From the NCBI GenBank assembly GCA_022813865.1, contig JALDZX010000035.1, positions 62,001-126,000 of the forward strand: DNA of 64,000 nt, in the 5' to 3' direction. The position numbers and the translations under genes are program-made. Under the pieces are notes generated by a model. The model was not told the DNA's origin and made no database searches. It saw only the letters and a program-made list of their open reading frames with translations. This DNA comes from Xylographa opegraphella (Eukaryota). This document shows positions 1-12,108 of this stretch, piece after piece. Every line of letters begins with the position of its first letter. Positions within the stretch are counted from its first letter, which is position 1.

Positions 1-711
1 GATACAAGCCACTTATACGGAAACGCTTTGCAGTAGATACACAAACATCAAAATACAAACGACGCAAGAACCACTGCTCCCAAACTGCTAGTACAAAGAT
101 AGCCGCAACCTCAGTCGGAACCAAACGAGTAGCCAATTTTGCTCTCGAGAAAGCGCGAATACACGTCTCGCTCGTGACGACTCCCGCGTTACGGACAAAC
201 GAGTAGCAACTACATCAGTGCGAGACACGGAAGCGCAGGAGACACTTGAAGGGAATGAATGCGTCAATGCGTCTCGGACACGTATACTTTATTCTCACCC
301 TCCACGAGACTGTGTAATCACCACGACATCGTGTTCGGTTTCGATACTGCCAAACTGATGCCTCGCCCCCCAGCACCGGCATCGACGCTAGTGCAAATCG
401 GGGCTGCTCATCAGGCAATGCCCACGGAAAACCGGTCACCAAACCTAATCACACGTGCTTGATACTCCGGAGCGTCGAAAAGTCTACTATCAGAGAAAGA
501 GACCTCGCTTCAAATGCACATAATGGATTCCTACATATTTTATGACAGGCCCGCGCTGCCGGCACAGATGCTCGCCTCATGACCGCATCACCAAGCCTCC
601 GAGCTCTCGGACCAACGCTCCACTCCCATCGTCGCTGGCGCCCCACTTCACGACCACTCGTCGCCAACGCTCCCCTTGGCCTTGCCTTCAGCGTTGCACC
701 CACAGCAACCG

Positions 712-3700
712 CTACCACCCCATCGCCCTCAACCCCGCAACTCCGACTCCTCCCCCCTCCCCCTCACCCTTTCCCCTCTGGCCCGCCAGCTCCAGTTGGA
801 TGCCCCGATGCACATGGACCAACCAATCGACATAACTCTGCGCCTCGCCGTTCCGATCCTCGACCAGCAGTCGCGCGAACTCGTACTCGGCGCCATCGAG
901 ACCCTGGCGCGCGAGCTGGAGGGTGAGGGCCTTGGAGCCACGAAGGCTGGCCCAGTAGGCGAGGATGTTGCGGGCCTGGCAGTTGAGGTGGGTGTCAAGC
1001 ACGGGCAGGGCGTTGAGGAACGGGTCGAGCGCCTGCAGGGACGTGGCGCTGGGGCCAAACAGGTCCTCGAGCAGGTTGGGCGACACTTGCGCGTGCAGCC
1101 AGAGCAGGCAGGTCTGCCCGTCGTCGACGAGGTAGGCGCCGCCGTCTTCGATGCGGGAGAAGGAGGCGCGGAGGGATGGGGGAACGAGGAAGTGGCCTGA
1201 GAGTGGGATTGTCTTAGTGGGGTCTGAGAATGGGGGTGTGGATGAGGACGGAGATGATATACCTGTTTCGGCGGAAGGGAAGCCGGATTCGGGTGGAAGG
1301 GAGTGGAGAGGGATGATGCGCGGGTAGAGCAGGAGGGACAGCTCGAGAGCGGAGGCGGATTTAAGGAGGCGCATGATGTAGGTGCGGCGATCGGAGGGTT
1401 CGGCGCCCGCTTGGAGGCGAACAGTGTGTCAGTAATAACGCACTTGATTGCAGGACATTCATGCTGGTAAACGGGAGGAAAGGACTACGGGAGAAGAAGT
1501 ACCTTTGAATGCTCGGCATTTGAGCAGGCCGAGGGTAAACATGCTGAACTCCTTGAGGTTCTCGGGAAGGACCAGCTGGCCTGGCGGATGTGAGCCGGAA
1601 AAGGCCTTTCGATAGCCAGCGAGAATGTCAATGGTCTTCTCGGTCAGAGCAGCTCGGATCTCTTTCAGGGTTCGCTCTGTCATTCGGGTAGCAGCTGAAC
1701 ATAATCTTAGCAGAATATCGAGCCCATTGATGTCCTTGACATTTACCTTCTTTCGCAATCAGATTGACGACGGCATCCTGGTCAATATACCTCATGCTTT
1801 CAATAGCGCCTTCACTGACGCTTGCTACAGTATTGGTACACCGGACTCGCCGCTCGCCATTCGCGGTAGTGTACAACAAAGCACATTGGAAATGCGCATC
1901 CAATTTCGCATCCAGTTTCCCGTCATAACTGAACATCACACCGAAAGCCTTGTCGGCGTCAATGGCGCCGAATTCAAGATCTGCGCCGAATGTATGCTGT
2001 AAAAAGTTGCCGTGGTAAGATGTAACCTGTAGTCCGTTTGAGCATCGTACTTTCATTAAAGCCTGATAACCTGTTTCTCGTGTAATCGTGTGTTTGATTT
2101 CGAGTGATAACTTGAGTGCATCCCGTTGCGCGTGGAAATTCGGATAGAAAAATGTCTCGCCGCCGCTTTGTGCGGAGACGTGTCCTACGCTGTTGTCAGT
2201 TTCTGGCAGAACGATCACCAAGAATCTTTGCCAACCTATAGTGGCAATGTCCATGTAAACACCGCCTGGAGAGGCAATAAAAAAGTCCACCCCAACCCCA
2301 CTTTCCACCATCTTGTTGGCGGTTTTCTTCCACCCGGCATGCTCTGTTTGAAAAAGCTTCCTTTCTGTCTCTATCCCATGAAGCTTGTTGTCATCTCTCA
2401 TAAACAGTCTCCCTGGCCCCCAGGTGGGCAGTGCTGAAAGAGAGCATATAATCTTCCCTCCAGTAGCGGTGAGTGACTCGAGTGCTGCATTGAGTGTTGG
2501 CAACAACGCGGGTTCTGGATTCTTGACATCAGAGAAGAGCTTAGGTATCTGTGTCAACAACGAGGTGATGATTGATCTGCAATATCAGTATCAATTTTCC
2601 ACTTGCGCCGAGTGTACGTACCTTGATTCGTAAGGATCTACAAAAAGACCTTCGCTTCCAAGTGGGACAAACGGATCCTCGATGTCCGGCATAACAAGCA
2701 TTTGTGGTTGCTCGAGTTCAGCCTACCACGAAGTCAATACTCGCCATATTCCTTGATACATAGAACAGCTTACGTTGCAATTGTAGAAATGAATGTCCTT
2801 GTCGAAGGTGACAATACCAACCTTTGACCCCATAGGTAACGACCTTGCTGTCTCAGCAGTGTCGCCGTTTCGCTCTTCGCCATCGGCTTTTGCATAGTCC
2901 TCTCCGTACAAGGCACCTAAAATTCCTTCGCAAAATGCATCCAAGAATCCCCTATTGAGTGCTTCTTGTCCAACATCAATGAGAAACAGCCATCGTAGTC
3001 CAACCGGTTCTTTAGCCCAATATTCTTTGGGTACCATGAACTCCACGGTTCCCAGTCGCAGCTCAGGCCTCTGCTCTCGGTCCACCCGAACACCAGACGG
3101 ATCAGTCGGGGCAAAATATTCCGGTGCCACGTCATTAGGGAAAGTGCACATGTTACAGACAAACTTGTTTCCGCCAGAACGAAAGGTCATGAAGGGATTG
3201 ATATAAGTCCTGCATCTTCGACATCGAGGGGGCCCGGGTTCTCCAAAGTCGAGAACAGGAATGGGCTGTTCCCCTGGTGCTATGGGAGCGAGCGGCTGTA
3301 ACAGGAGACCTAATGGTAATGCAGTAGCATGAAGAGCTTCAGAAGTGGAAGGGATATTATTGAGAGTCAAACGAGCGAACTTAGGGGAAGAGTTGCCCTG
3401 ATCGTATGCAATGAAAGGAACTGCGCCTGGAGGTGGCAAGTGCTGCTCCATGGTATGATAAATGTGATCAAGGTAGTATTGGGCCGGTACGTCTCGTGAT
3501 CTAGGGATACTAGGGATCTGCTCTGGATCAACCCGGCCCTGGCCGGAAACACTGGGACCACTCGGTATAGGCAATGACGGAGCCATGCCATGAGCAGCAG
3601 GCGTGCCACCAGGCGTATATGGAGCGCCACCCATGGCTGGAAATTGATTCATAGCAGGAGTGATATTTTGTCCTCCATAAGGGTGTCCTTGAGCCATGGG

Positions 3701-4168
3701 CTGCGGTTGATTGGTATCTAGATACTGCGAAGGGTTCATCTCAGCCTGAGGCATCCCGTTGAATGCTTGCGACGAGCCCACCGGCTGATCTAAATTATGA
3801 TATGCATGCCTGTGCTTCTTCTTGTTTGGACGAGCAGTACCCAAGCCATCCTGACCGAGCGCCATGGACCCCATCTGCGATGAGAGCCCCCCCATTGCGC
3901 CTTCGTATGGTGAAGCTAGGCTTTGCTGTGGCGGGAAATATCCATGCTCTTGCGCAGGTGTACCCTGATTCTGGTAGGGAGGCTGCGGAGTCCCGTTGTA
4001 TTGTTGTTGCTGTAGGGTTTGGGAGCCATAAGACGAACCCTGGTGATAGCCCGTTGGCGCAGGTGCCGCTGATGGACGGAATGGTGGTGCGGCTGGCTGT
4101 GTTCTGGAGTACGGATCTGCTGGATCCTGCTGATCACCTAAAGAATGGTAAACGCCATGATCAGCCAT
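712..4168 (-). CDS. COPII coat Sec24-family protein (Sfb3/Sec24C-D-like), multi-exon
   Basis: Pro/Gln-rich N-terminus, zinc finger (PPRCRRCRTYINPF...FVCNMC), trunk (FLIDV, VGIVTFD), beta-sandwich (ALMKVRCSNGL) and gelsolin/C-terminal LVEDRN...SYVDWLVHVH. Exons are joined by GT-AG introns, e.g. 2773-2723, 2235-2185 and a last acceptor at 1410. Confidence 0.93.
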
Positions 4169-4924
4169 TGTCCACGCTCCTCTGCCCCAAGACAGAGCTT
4201 TGTTGTGTATGAAACTCCCGAGTCTTATGTCCGTGGAGGGGGACCGTTAGACATGGCTGCCCACGATTCAAGAAAGTCTTTCGGTGTAAGAGGCACTCTA
4301 TTTGATATCACCGCGTGCAGCAAGCTACGCAGAAGCACGACAGTCTCGTAATAATATTTGAACAAGTTGCCCAATCGAGATGCAAGCTTACCTTAGGCGA
4401 AGCAGAATCCTTGTCCACCTCCCGCGCCCTACGGAGGTAGACCTCTTCTCGCCAGGTCTCAAAACACCATTTATTCTGGAAAAAGAGCAATCACACATCT
4501 CGGTTTCTCCCACAATAAACACATGTTTGCGCTTATCTAGTTCAGTATGCAGAACATGCTTTCTATTTCTATCGAAACCTCAAAATCTTAACCCGCTGCC
4601 ATCACCAGTTCTGCAAGCCAATCATCAAGAAACAAGGGTATTCATCATAGTTATTCATCGAATGCTCTCCCGCTCCTTGTGATACCCTGAAGAACAAAAG
4701 CCTCGCCGTACGATCGTCAGATATCCTCCAACGCCCGTGAGCCAGCCTCCCAGTGATGACAAACTATCCCCACATCGCTCTAGAAACACCTCGCTGTTTT
4801 ATGTCGTCCCTTGTACCCATACGCGCACGTAATCGTGGAAAGCGCGGTCCACCTCTAGCCAATGATCCTTCGTCTTCAATATACCACGTGTGCAAACAAG
4901 GTGACATCTTCAAAAGTGGCAATG

Positions 4925-6971
4925 TCATGTAACCAGAATATCGAGACCCATGTCGACCATGATCGTCTCCCAATCCCAGCTCCTTTCGTCTCCGGCGTCC
5001 ATCATATCCCACACCCTCCGGACGATCTGCTTGGCTGGCTTGATATTACCGAGGTTACTGTACGACTGGAGGTTATCGAAGCCGATTTCGATATCAGGTC
5101 TTTGTCGCTCTTCGAAAGCTGCGCAACCCAAAATGAACAGCGGCATCAGCAGAATGCATTGAGTTGATTCGCCTCGGGGGATAGCTCGGAGACAGTCAAG
5201 GCCTGCATCAACGGCAGCAGATAGACTTGGATTCGGCTTCGACGCCTGTATCGTGCGGTAGAGGTAGACCCAGGTGCTTTGACGATAGAGCTCGGCAGCG
5301 AGCCAGCGCGACGTTTCAGGTTCCTGCTTGGGTTCCCAAGCCCGTATTTCAGCGTCAATGCTCACAGCTTCCGAAAGAAACTCGTAGAGAACCACAGGCT
5401 GAAGGTTGGCAGCTTTACGAGCCCTGATATTGTCCCGCAATGCCGTGATCTTCTTCAAATATTTGTAGAGGCCATCGATCACGCCGAGTACGACACCCGA
5501 TTGAGGCTGAATCGTCGCCTGGAAAACGAAATTCGGAAGAGACGGATCGTCGTAGTTGACCGGCCGCCAGTCCAAGGACGTCAAAGAATTTGAAACATCA
5601 TGGTACATGAAGAATTCCCAAATGAATTGCTGGAATTCGGGATTCTTCGACTTTCGATCCAGCTTCAGCAACTCCCGAGCACCGTTCATGTGATCACGAT
5701 GTTCACCCTTGGTCGTCCCTTGCGATATGCAAATCAGGCAGTGCACAATCGTCGAAGCGACTGTAGGATCTTCGACGATCAATCCTCCTTCCTGTTCTTT
5801 GGCTCCTTCGTTTGCAGCTTCGATGCTCGCACGGAGAGTACTAATGGCCGCGGCAAAATGATAGTCCTGACGTTCATTGAAAACGGGGTCCGGCTTCTCA
5901 GCCACGATGTGAGAGCCCGACAGGGCCAAGAGTGAATGCATCAAGCCTTTATGTTGAGTCGCCATCGGTAGCAGTATGTCTTTGAAAGGATTGGTCGAGG
6001 CGTCGTGCAGGGTAAAGAGGTGGCTTAGTTTGTACACGAAATGATCCAGGAAGCGGCGGTCGACATCGGTCTCAATCCCGTCTACGAGGAATGGCAACCC
6101 ACGAGGAACGGTAAACGAGACCCTTCGCACTATGTCGGTCCAAGAGTTAGCAGTTCCTAAGTGGCGTGGTACGAGGTACACACCTTCTGTGGTGCGGTCT
6201 TTCCCGCTTCGCCATACCTGCTTCGGTGTGTATCCTTCGCATACAACGGCGTTCTTTTGGCAATTGAGGCCTGCACGAGATCAACATCGTCAACACAGTT
6301 TCGAACTCGGGTCGTGCGAGAGACCACTTACAGCATGGTTTGGCTTCATCGCATTTCTTCTTCCTCCTTCGACATGTCAGGCAGCCCGTCTTCGACCGAC
6401 CCTTGGTCACTTTGACCTGTGATGCTGACTGATGAGACTGAGGCTTCTTCGGCCGTCCACGCTTCTTCTGCAGGATTGAATTTGGCAGCGAGGATCCGTC
6501 GGCCTTGGAATCCGCGTCATCCGAACTGTCCGCCCTTTTGATGTCTTCGATGACCCGATTCTCATCCTCTTCTAGCTTCGGTACGACATCAAAAATCCGT
6601 CTGGGCTCTTCGTCCGCCTCGGTGTCTGAAGACGAGCACAGCTCTGATCCCAAGGTCGAGGAGGACAACGGCGACATGCTGGACTGCTCATTGGTGGGAC
6701 GCAGGGAAGTGTTGACTTCTAGCTGCGAGTGTCCAGTCCAGGAGCGACCCAAAGCCAAGCCATTGTCATCTTTTCGAATCATCGAAGCTGGCACGGGAGC
6801 AGCGAGATCCTGGCGCAGGGGGAGGTGCCATTCGGATGCGGGAGTCACGTCCAATTGATCGGCGGACCTCGACGATAGAGCCGAACGAACAATTGAAGTC
6901 GTCGTGGATAGAGAGGATCGGAGGGTCAGCTGCTCAAGCGACGGTGGATAGGGGTGCAAGACGAGGACCAT
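4925..6971 (-). CDS. Zn(II)2Cys6 transcription factor with fungal-specific TF domain (Fungal_trans_2-like) and AT-hook-like motif
   Basis: Splicing intron 6331-6271 gives the full [31 protein letters not shown] cluster. KKRGRPKK lies just upstream. The C-terminal domain has NPFKDILLPMA, FFMYHDV and LLMPLFILGCAA. The exact start Met is uncertain. Confidence 0.88.
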
Positions 6972-7061
6972 TTCGGCGACGTCGTGATCGCCGGGGAGGC
7001 ACTGGCGGGGTAAGTCCCAAGCAGTGGGTGGACGGTGTGCGTTTTCGATGCATGCGTTAGA

Positions 7062-7109
7062 CCTTCAGACGATGCGAGACAGCCTTCAGACGATGCGAGA
7101 CAGCCTTCA
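7062..7109. repeat. 21-bp direct tandem repeat (CCTTCAGACGATGCGAGACAG x2.3) upstream of the TF
   Basis: Perfect copies at 7062-7082 and 7083-7103, partial copy at 7104-7109. Confidence 0.95.
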
Positions 7110-7392
7110 CTCGAATCCACTGCGGGCGGGCACGAGGATGGAGACCGGGGACGGCTGGGGCTGATGGGACTGATATAATAATAATGATGGAGAATGGTAG
7201 CGGGGGCGGGCAGAGGAGAAGTCGAGGCAGAAGGAAGCCACTCCGGAGAGGGTCAAGAGCTGCCAGCAGGGATATCCGTCGACTAATGAGGTCGGACCTA
7301 TCTAGCCCCTGCGGGATCACCTACCTTACGAGCTTACCTACCTGACCTTACCAGCCTGCTTCGCTCTAATAACATCTAGCTTTCTTGTCCCG

Positions 7393-7454
7393 CTGGTGCT
7401 GGTGCTGGTGCTGGTGCTGGTGCTGGTGCTGGTGCTGATGTTGGTGCTGGTGCT
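7393..7454. repeat. (CTGGTG)n hexanucleotide microsatellite, ~10 units
   Basis: Seven perfect units, then two single-mismatch units (CTGATG, TTGGTG) and one more perfect unit. Confidence 0.95.
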
Positions 7455-10400
7455 TTTGTGGAGAAGAGCGGCAAGGCGGCAGGGTTGGGTAGAATAGCGG
7501 AAGGCCCCTGGTCGTCAATCGTTGGCTTTTCACAACTCACGACTCACGACAGCTCCGAGCGGAACGTAGTCCTTTGCGCCTTCGGTTGGCAGTTCCGAGG
7601 CCCTGGAGCTGGAGGCCAACTATACGCTCGCCAGCCCTCGCAAGTGTCGAAAGGAAAAAGAGAGACCAACAAGAACGACCGAGTTCATGGTTCCCCCCCT
7701 TATCGTCCACCAACCCCACCAGTCAGCACCAAGAATTGATCAAGTAGTCAGCAGCGCCTGGTGTAGGTTTGGCATCATACACAAATAGACAGGGATCTCG
7801 ATCTCATCAGGATCTGAGTCGACGGGGCTAGAGGCGAGTGCGGGCTCACGCAGACGGCCGTCTGATGGATGTGAATGGAGGGCGGTGGCAAGGGCCGACA
7901 ATATTAACTTTGTGGGTTCGCCCTCCGAGCTTGGCTGGACGCCGACCGACATATCTTTGCGTTGCACAACGGCGACACGGCTGGCGACGCGACAAGCAGT
8001 GGAGATGGGAAGAGTCCGGTGAAACGGCAGCAAAAAGCGCACATGCGATGCCTGTCGTGCAGTCTTCCGGGATGCAGTACGACACTGCGGACGACGAGAG
8101 CTTGGGACGATCCGGAGTACGGAGTGCCTCCTTCCTCGCACTCGTCGACGTCGAACTGAGGCTTCTTCCTCCACCACACCCTCAATGCCACTAGCCGAGG
8201 TACCAGGGCACGAAAAGCAGCGCTGCACCATCGTGCTCAACGGCGACCAGCGACCAGCGTTCTCTAGGTACACTACCTAAATAACTACGGAGCGTTGCAG
8301 TGTTCACATTCATCGTATTCGAGGTTTGGGCAAGCGAGCCAGCACTTGTCGATCATGATCGCCGACCAAGAAGCGCCCGTGAACGTTTCCCCCCAGAATT
8401 AGTACCCATTAATCTCCTAGTGCCCATCTGGCTTGAGATCTAGGGCCAACTTGGCCAGCAGATGTCTCTCAGTACCGTACGTAAGTAGAGGTACCGTACC
8501 TCGGGAGTGAGCACTTGACTCAAGCCAGCCAGGCGGCAAGGCCTTACCTGACGCTTGCTATCGACATGCGCTCCGCATATCAATGGTTGGATGGCAAACC
8601 CTAATCGAAATGCCCGAGAACGCGGCCCCAGAACTCGCAGTCGCTCTCACGGTCTGTGCGCGACCGAGTCCAACCACATGCAGGAAAGTGGAGATGTGGA
8701 GGTTTGCCTGCCGCTTTGCTGCACGCCTCAGACGGTGCAGCTATGTACAGTGGTATGTATGTACACCGTGGAGCAGGAGTTGCGGGCTGAAACTCTGGAA
8801 TCCGGTCCCGTAGGCATTATTGGTAGTGATGTAGAGCGACAACATCGGCCAACCACTTGTCCTTGCGCCTGCTTCTGCTCGGATGAGTTCCCCCCTCCAT
8901 CAACCAAGCGACCAATTATCGGGTGCCGATGCTTGTTTCACCCGCTGCGTGTGGCCATGCCAGCAAAGAGGCATGCGTTCGAGCCTCATCGATCGGAGCA
9001 TGCACTCGCCGTTGCGTTGCAGTATCTTGATGCCGTCCCACCGTCGAGGACAAGGTAGGACATCTCGCTAGCCTGCAACGGCTGAGAGGCCCTCCTCGTG
9101 ATCCGACGCCTTCCCGCTCCTTTCCCCTTAGGATAACGACGTGATTCCGTCAATATCCCCCCAACCCGCGCCCTCGCCGACTTCCACCATTATTGTTGCC
9201 TTTCTGTGCCATATCGTTGCATCAGCCTGGTCCCGAGCGACCGGTTAAGGATATTAGGCCCACCAGAAGGAGAGAACCCAAGGGTATGGGTGGGCCCGTT
9301 CGTTCAAGTCAGCAATAGACCACTTCGTCCTAGCAGGACCGTCCTTCGTTATCGGACAGCCTCGACGCATAACGGCATCGTCGATTGCTCCTACACATCG
9401 GGACGCGTACCACTGATCGACACCTCCTGCGGTATGGAAGCGGAGTCGGTCGAGGAGAGAAAACGGCCCAGTCCGAGCGAGAATGGCATTGCTTCGAACA
9501 CAGATGGCTGGTGACGAAGTATTGCTCTTGCACTGCAGCTGCGCCGCGATCTCGGTGATGGTCGTGCCGTTAGAGTAGCACAAAGTATATAGCAAACTAC
9601 CTTACAATAGCATGGGACAGGATAGCCCCCGGTGAGCAGGACTTCCTAACAGCCCATCAACTGCTCTCTCTTTCTCTCGGCGATAAAACAACACCGACGC
9701 CAATCCCAAATCCCAGCCCCAAGGATCGAATTACTTATTCTTAGCTCTCACTCTCAGTCAGCGGTGGCATGACACTACGACCACAAACCCCACGGTGTCG
9801 GAGCTCGTAACAAGCCGCGACAGAAGGATCTCGCGTGTGGCAGAAAGCCCAAAGTCAAACAGGGGTGACGGCACGCGAAAGATGAGGTCGTCGCACCAAC
9901 GATGCACGGAAACCGACAGGAGCACAATGTTGGGCTCTCACCGTATTCCCAATTTCCCCATTTCGACGGATAACTAAAGCTAGTGGGGTACAGATAGCGT
10001 TGCGGTGTGACTACCTAAGGTAAGCGAGTGTCACGAGCTAGAAAAGTAGTTCTAAGTACAGAGCGTAGATAGCTGAAATGCCTCCTCTGTGTTCTACCTG
10101 ACACACAATCCTTTGAGCTCTTCACCTGCGCTTCTGATGTCGTTCCGTTGGCTTTCGGAGCCGGCTCACTCTCAAATCATGATGGGATGATGCGCAACTG
10201 CGAGCCACGCGAGTCCTCGACGGTAATTGATGCCTCGATGTACCTGGTCGCATCCCGCTTGCAGAAGTGGGCAATGCTGCTGTTCGTTGTCCACCACTCA
10301 CATCGCATGCTCGGGCGTGCTCTGTCTGCGTTCGTGCCGACGACCGTCTGGCCAACTTATCAGGATCATCATGCCACTTTTTTTCATGTCAACCGACTCC

Positions 10401-10990
10401 AAAGACATGCTTGGCAGCCCCCCGTTGTGCCCTCACGAGTCACGATGGATGGACCAGCATGCTTGCATGCTCGAAGCTCGAAGCTTCGTCGGCATCGATT
10501 CAATGGTTACACAAACGTCAAAGATTAGGTTGCATTAGCTCCGCTCATATCTAATTCTTCTGAGAATCGTCACAGACGCAACCAACGAATCTGCTTCGGC
10601 TGATGACGTCCCGACCGTCCTCCTCGTCCTCCGCCAGGCCACAGGTTTGGGGTCGCGATGGAACGTCTCAACTGCTCGACGCTGCACCCCAACTTTATCC
10701 TGGTCGCGCACGCAGGCGGGGAAGCGGGAAGGAAGACGAATGGCTAGGCAGACGGGTGTGGGCATGGGGCAAGAAGTGACGATGGGCCGTGGCCCATGCT
10801 GGCTGGCTAGCTTACCCGAGGCTCGGCATTTGCAGGTACACTTCTGTCATTGGAATTGCGTTATTTCATGTGCTTTTGGCTGACACTCCAGCCAGTGCAG
10901 GGCATGAAAGCATGGCAGTGGCTAATGTAGGGTCTGCGTTGCATTGGGTGAGGGTATTCAGGGTCACAACCAGGTCTTGCTCCGCCACGC

Positions 10991-11870
10991 TTACCCCGTT
11001 GCATCCACCAATCCTCCGTCGACGATGATTTCCTGCCCGGTGATGTAGCGTGCCTCGTCAGAGGCCAAGAAAAGAGCTGCATGAGCGACATCCCACGCGT
11101 CGCCCCTAGAGTTCCATTTATATTAGCGTTCGTTGTGTTGGCATCGCTGGCGAGCGAGGTGGAGAAGGAGTGTACATCTTGCCCGTCGGTACCTGACTAT
11201 CTCTCTTCTTGCAGAACCCTTCATAGTCCCCACCCGCATACTTGTCGGCGAGCATCTTGACCAGAGGGGTGTTGATCAATCCTGGCACCACGGTGTTGAG
11301 TCGAACCTGTTTCGGCGCGTATATCACGGCGGTCGCTTTGGTGAACTGAATGATGGCTGCCTTGGTCGCCGAATACGCAACCTGTGGCTTTCCAATATAT
11401 CGTAAACCGGCCACAGACGAAATGTTGATCACCACCCCACCATTCTCTTGCCTCTCCATGATTGGAAGCACTAAGTGACAGTGTAAGTAGACACTTTTTA
11501 GGTTGATATCCATCTGCCGATCCCACACCTCCTCGCTCATCTCCGCCGGTCCACCAGGTTCGCTTCGTCCGACATTGTTCACGAGAATATCGATCCGCTT
11601 GTGTTTGGCCATGCATGCCTCTACAACTTCTTTGCAGGAGCAGGACGAAGTCGCGTCCCCGTGCATCACCGTGACATGATGATTAGGCGACTCGGCGCGG
11701 ATCTGGGCTGCAGCTCGTTCAGCGGCAGGGAGTGAAATATCGCTTCCGAACAGTATAGCGCCTTGACGTGCGAAAAGTGTGGCTATAGTGGTGCCGTTGC
11801 CCCAACCTTCACCAATGCAGCCGATGCCAGTGATCAGGCACACCTTGCCGGAGAGGTCGTGGATAGGCAT
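10991..11870 (-). CDS. Classical short-chain dehydrogenase/reductase (FabG-like), 2 exons
   Basis: TGxGxxxxGxGxG variant Rossmann motif, IDILVNNVG, NISS and catalytic YSATK. Intron 11175-11106 joins the C-terminal MGDAWDVAHAALFLASDEARYITGQEIIVDGG, with stop at 10991-10993. Confidence 0.92.
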
Positions 11871-12108
11871 CTGTGCAAAGATCGAACGTTGTGCGTGTCA
11901 ACGCCTCCAATGCTTCGGATTAGCCATATCATATAGTTATGTGTAGGTATAATTCTAACAAGAACAGAGCGAGGTGGGGTATTAAGCTCCAGGCTCGAGG
12001 CGGAAGTCCCCGCTCCAAACCTGCCCAGCCGAAAGTATGATGCGTGTGTAGAAAGCTCATTTAGCCGTCAAACGCTGTACAGCCAATGGAACTCGGATGA
12101 AAGAAACG

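Noticed and set aside
1..470. Possible gene end at the left edge
   Set aside because: Only short ORFs without motifs. Nothing is supportable without flanking sequence.
542..1200. Plus-strand ORFs opposite the Sec24-like 3' end, and similar shadow ORFs at 38.3-39.3, 39.5-40.2, 42-43.6 and 59.8-61.3 kb
   Set aside because: Antisense or alternate-frame by-products of GC-rich, stop-poor sequence overlapping well-supported genes.
7062..7109. CRISPR-like repeat
   Set aside because: The units are contiguous with no spacers, the context is eukaryotic and there are no cas genes.
7458..10883. Many 60-177 aa ORFs in the TF upstream gap
   Set aside because: Mostly non-ATG starts, Arg/Ser/Pro/Cys-rich random-like composition, no motifs and no coherent splice pattern.
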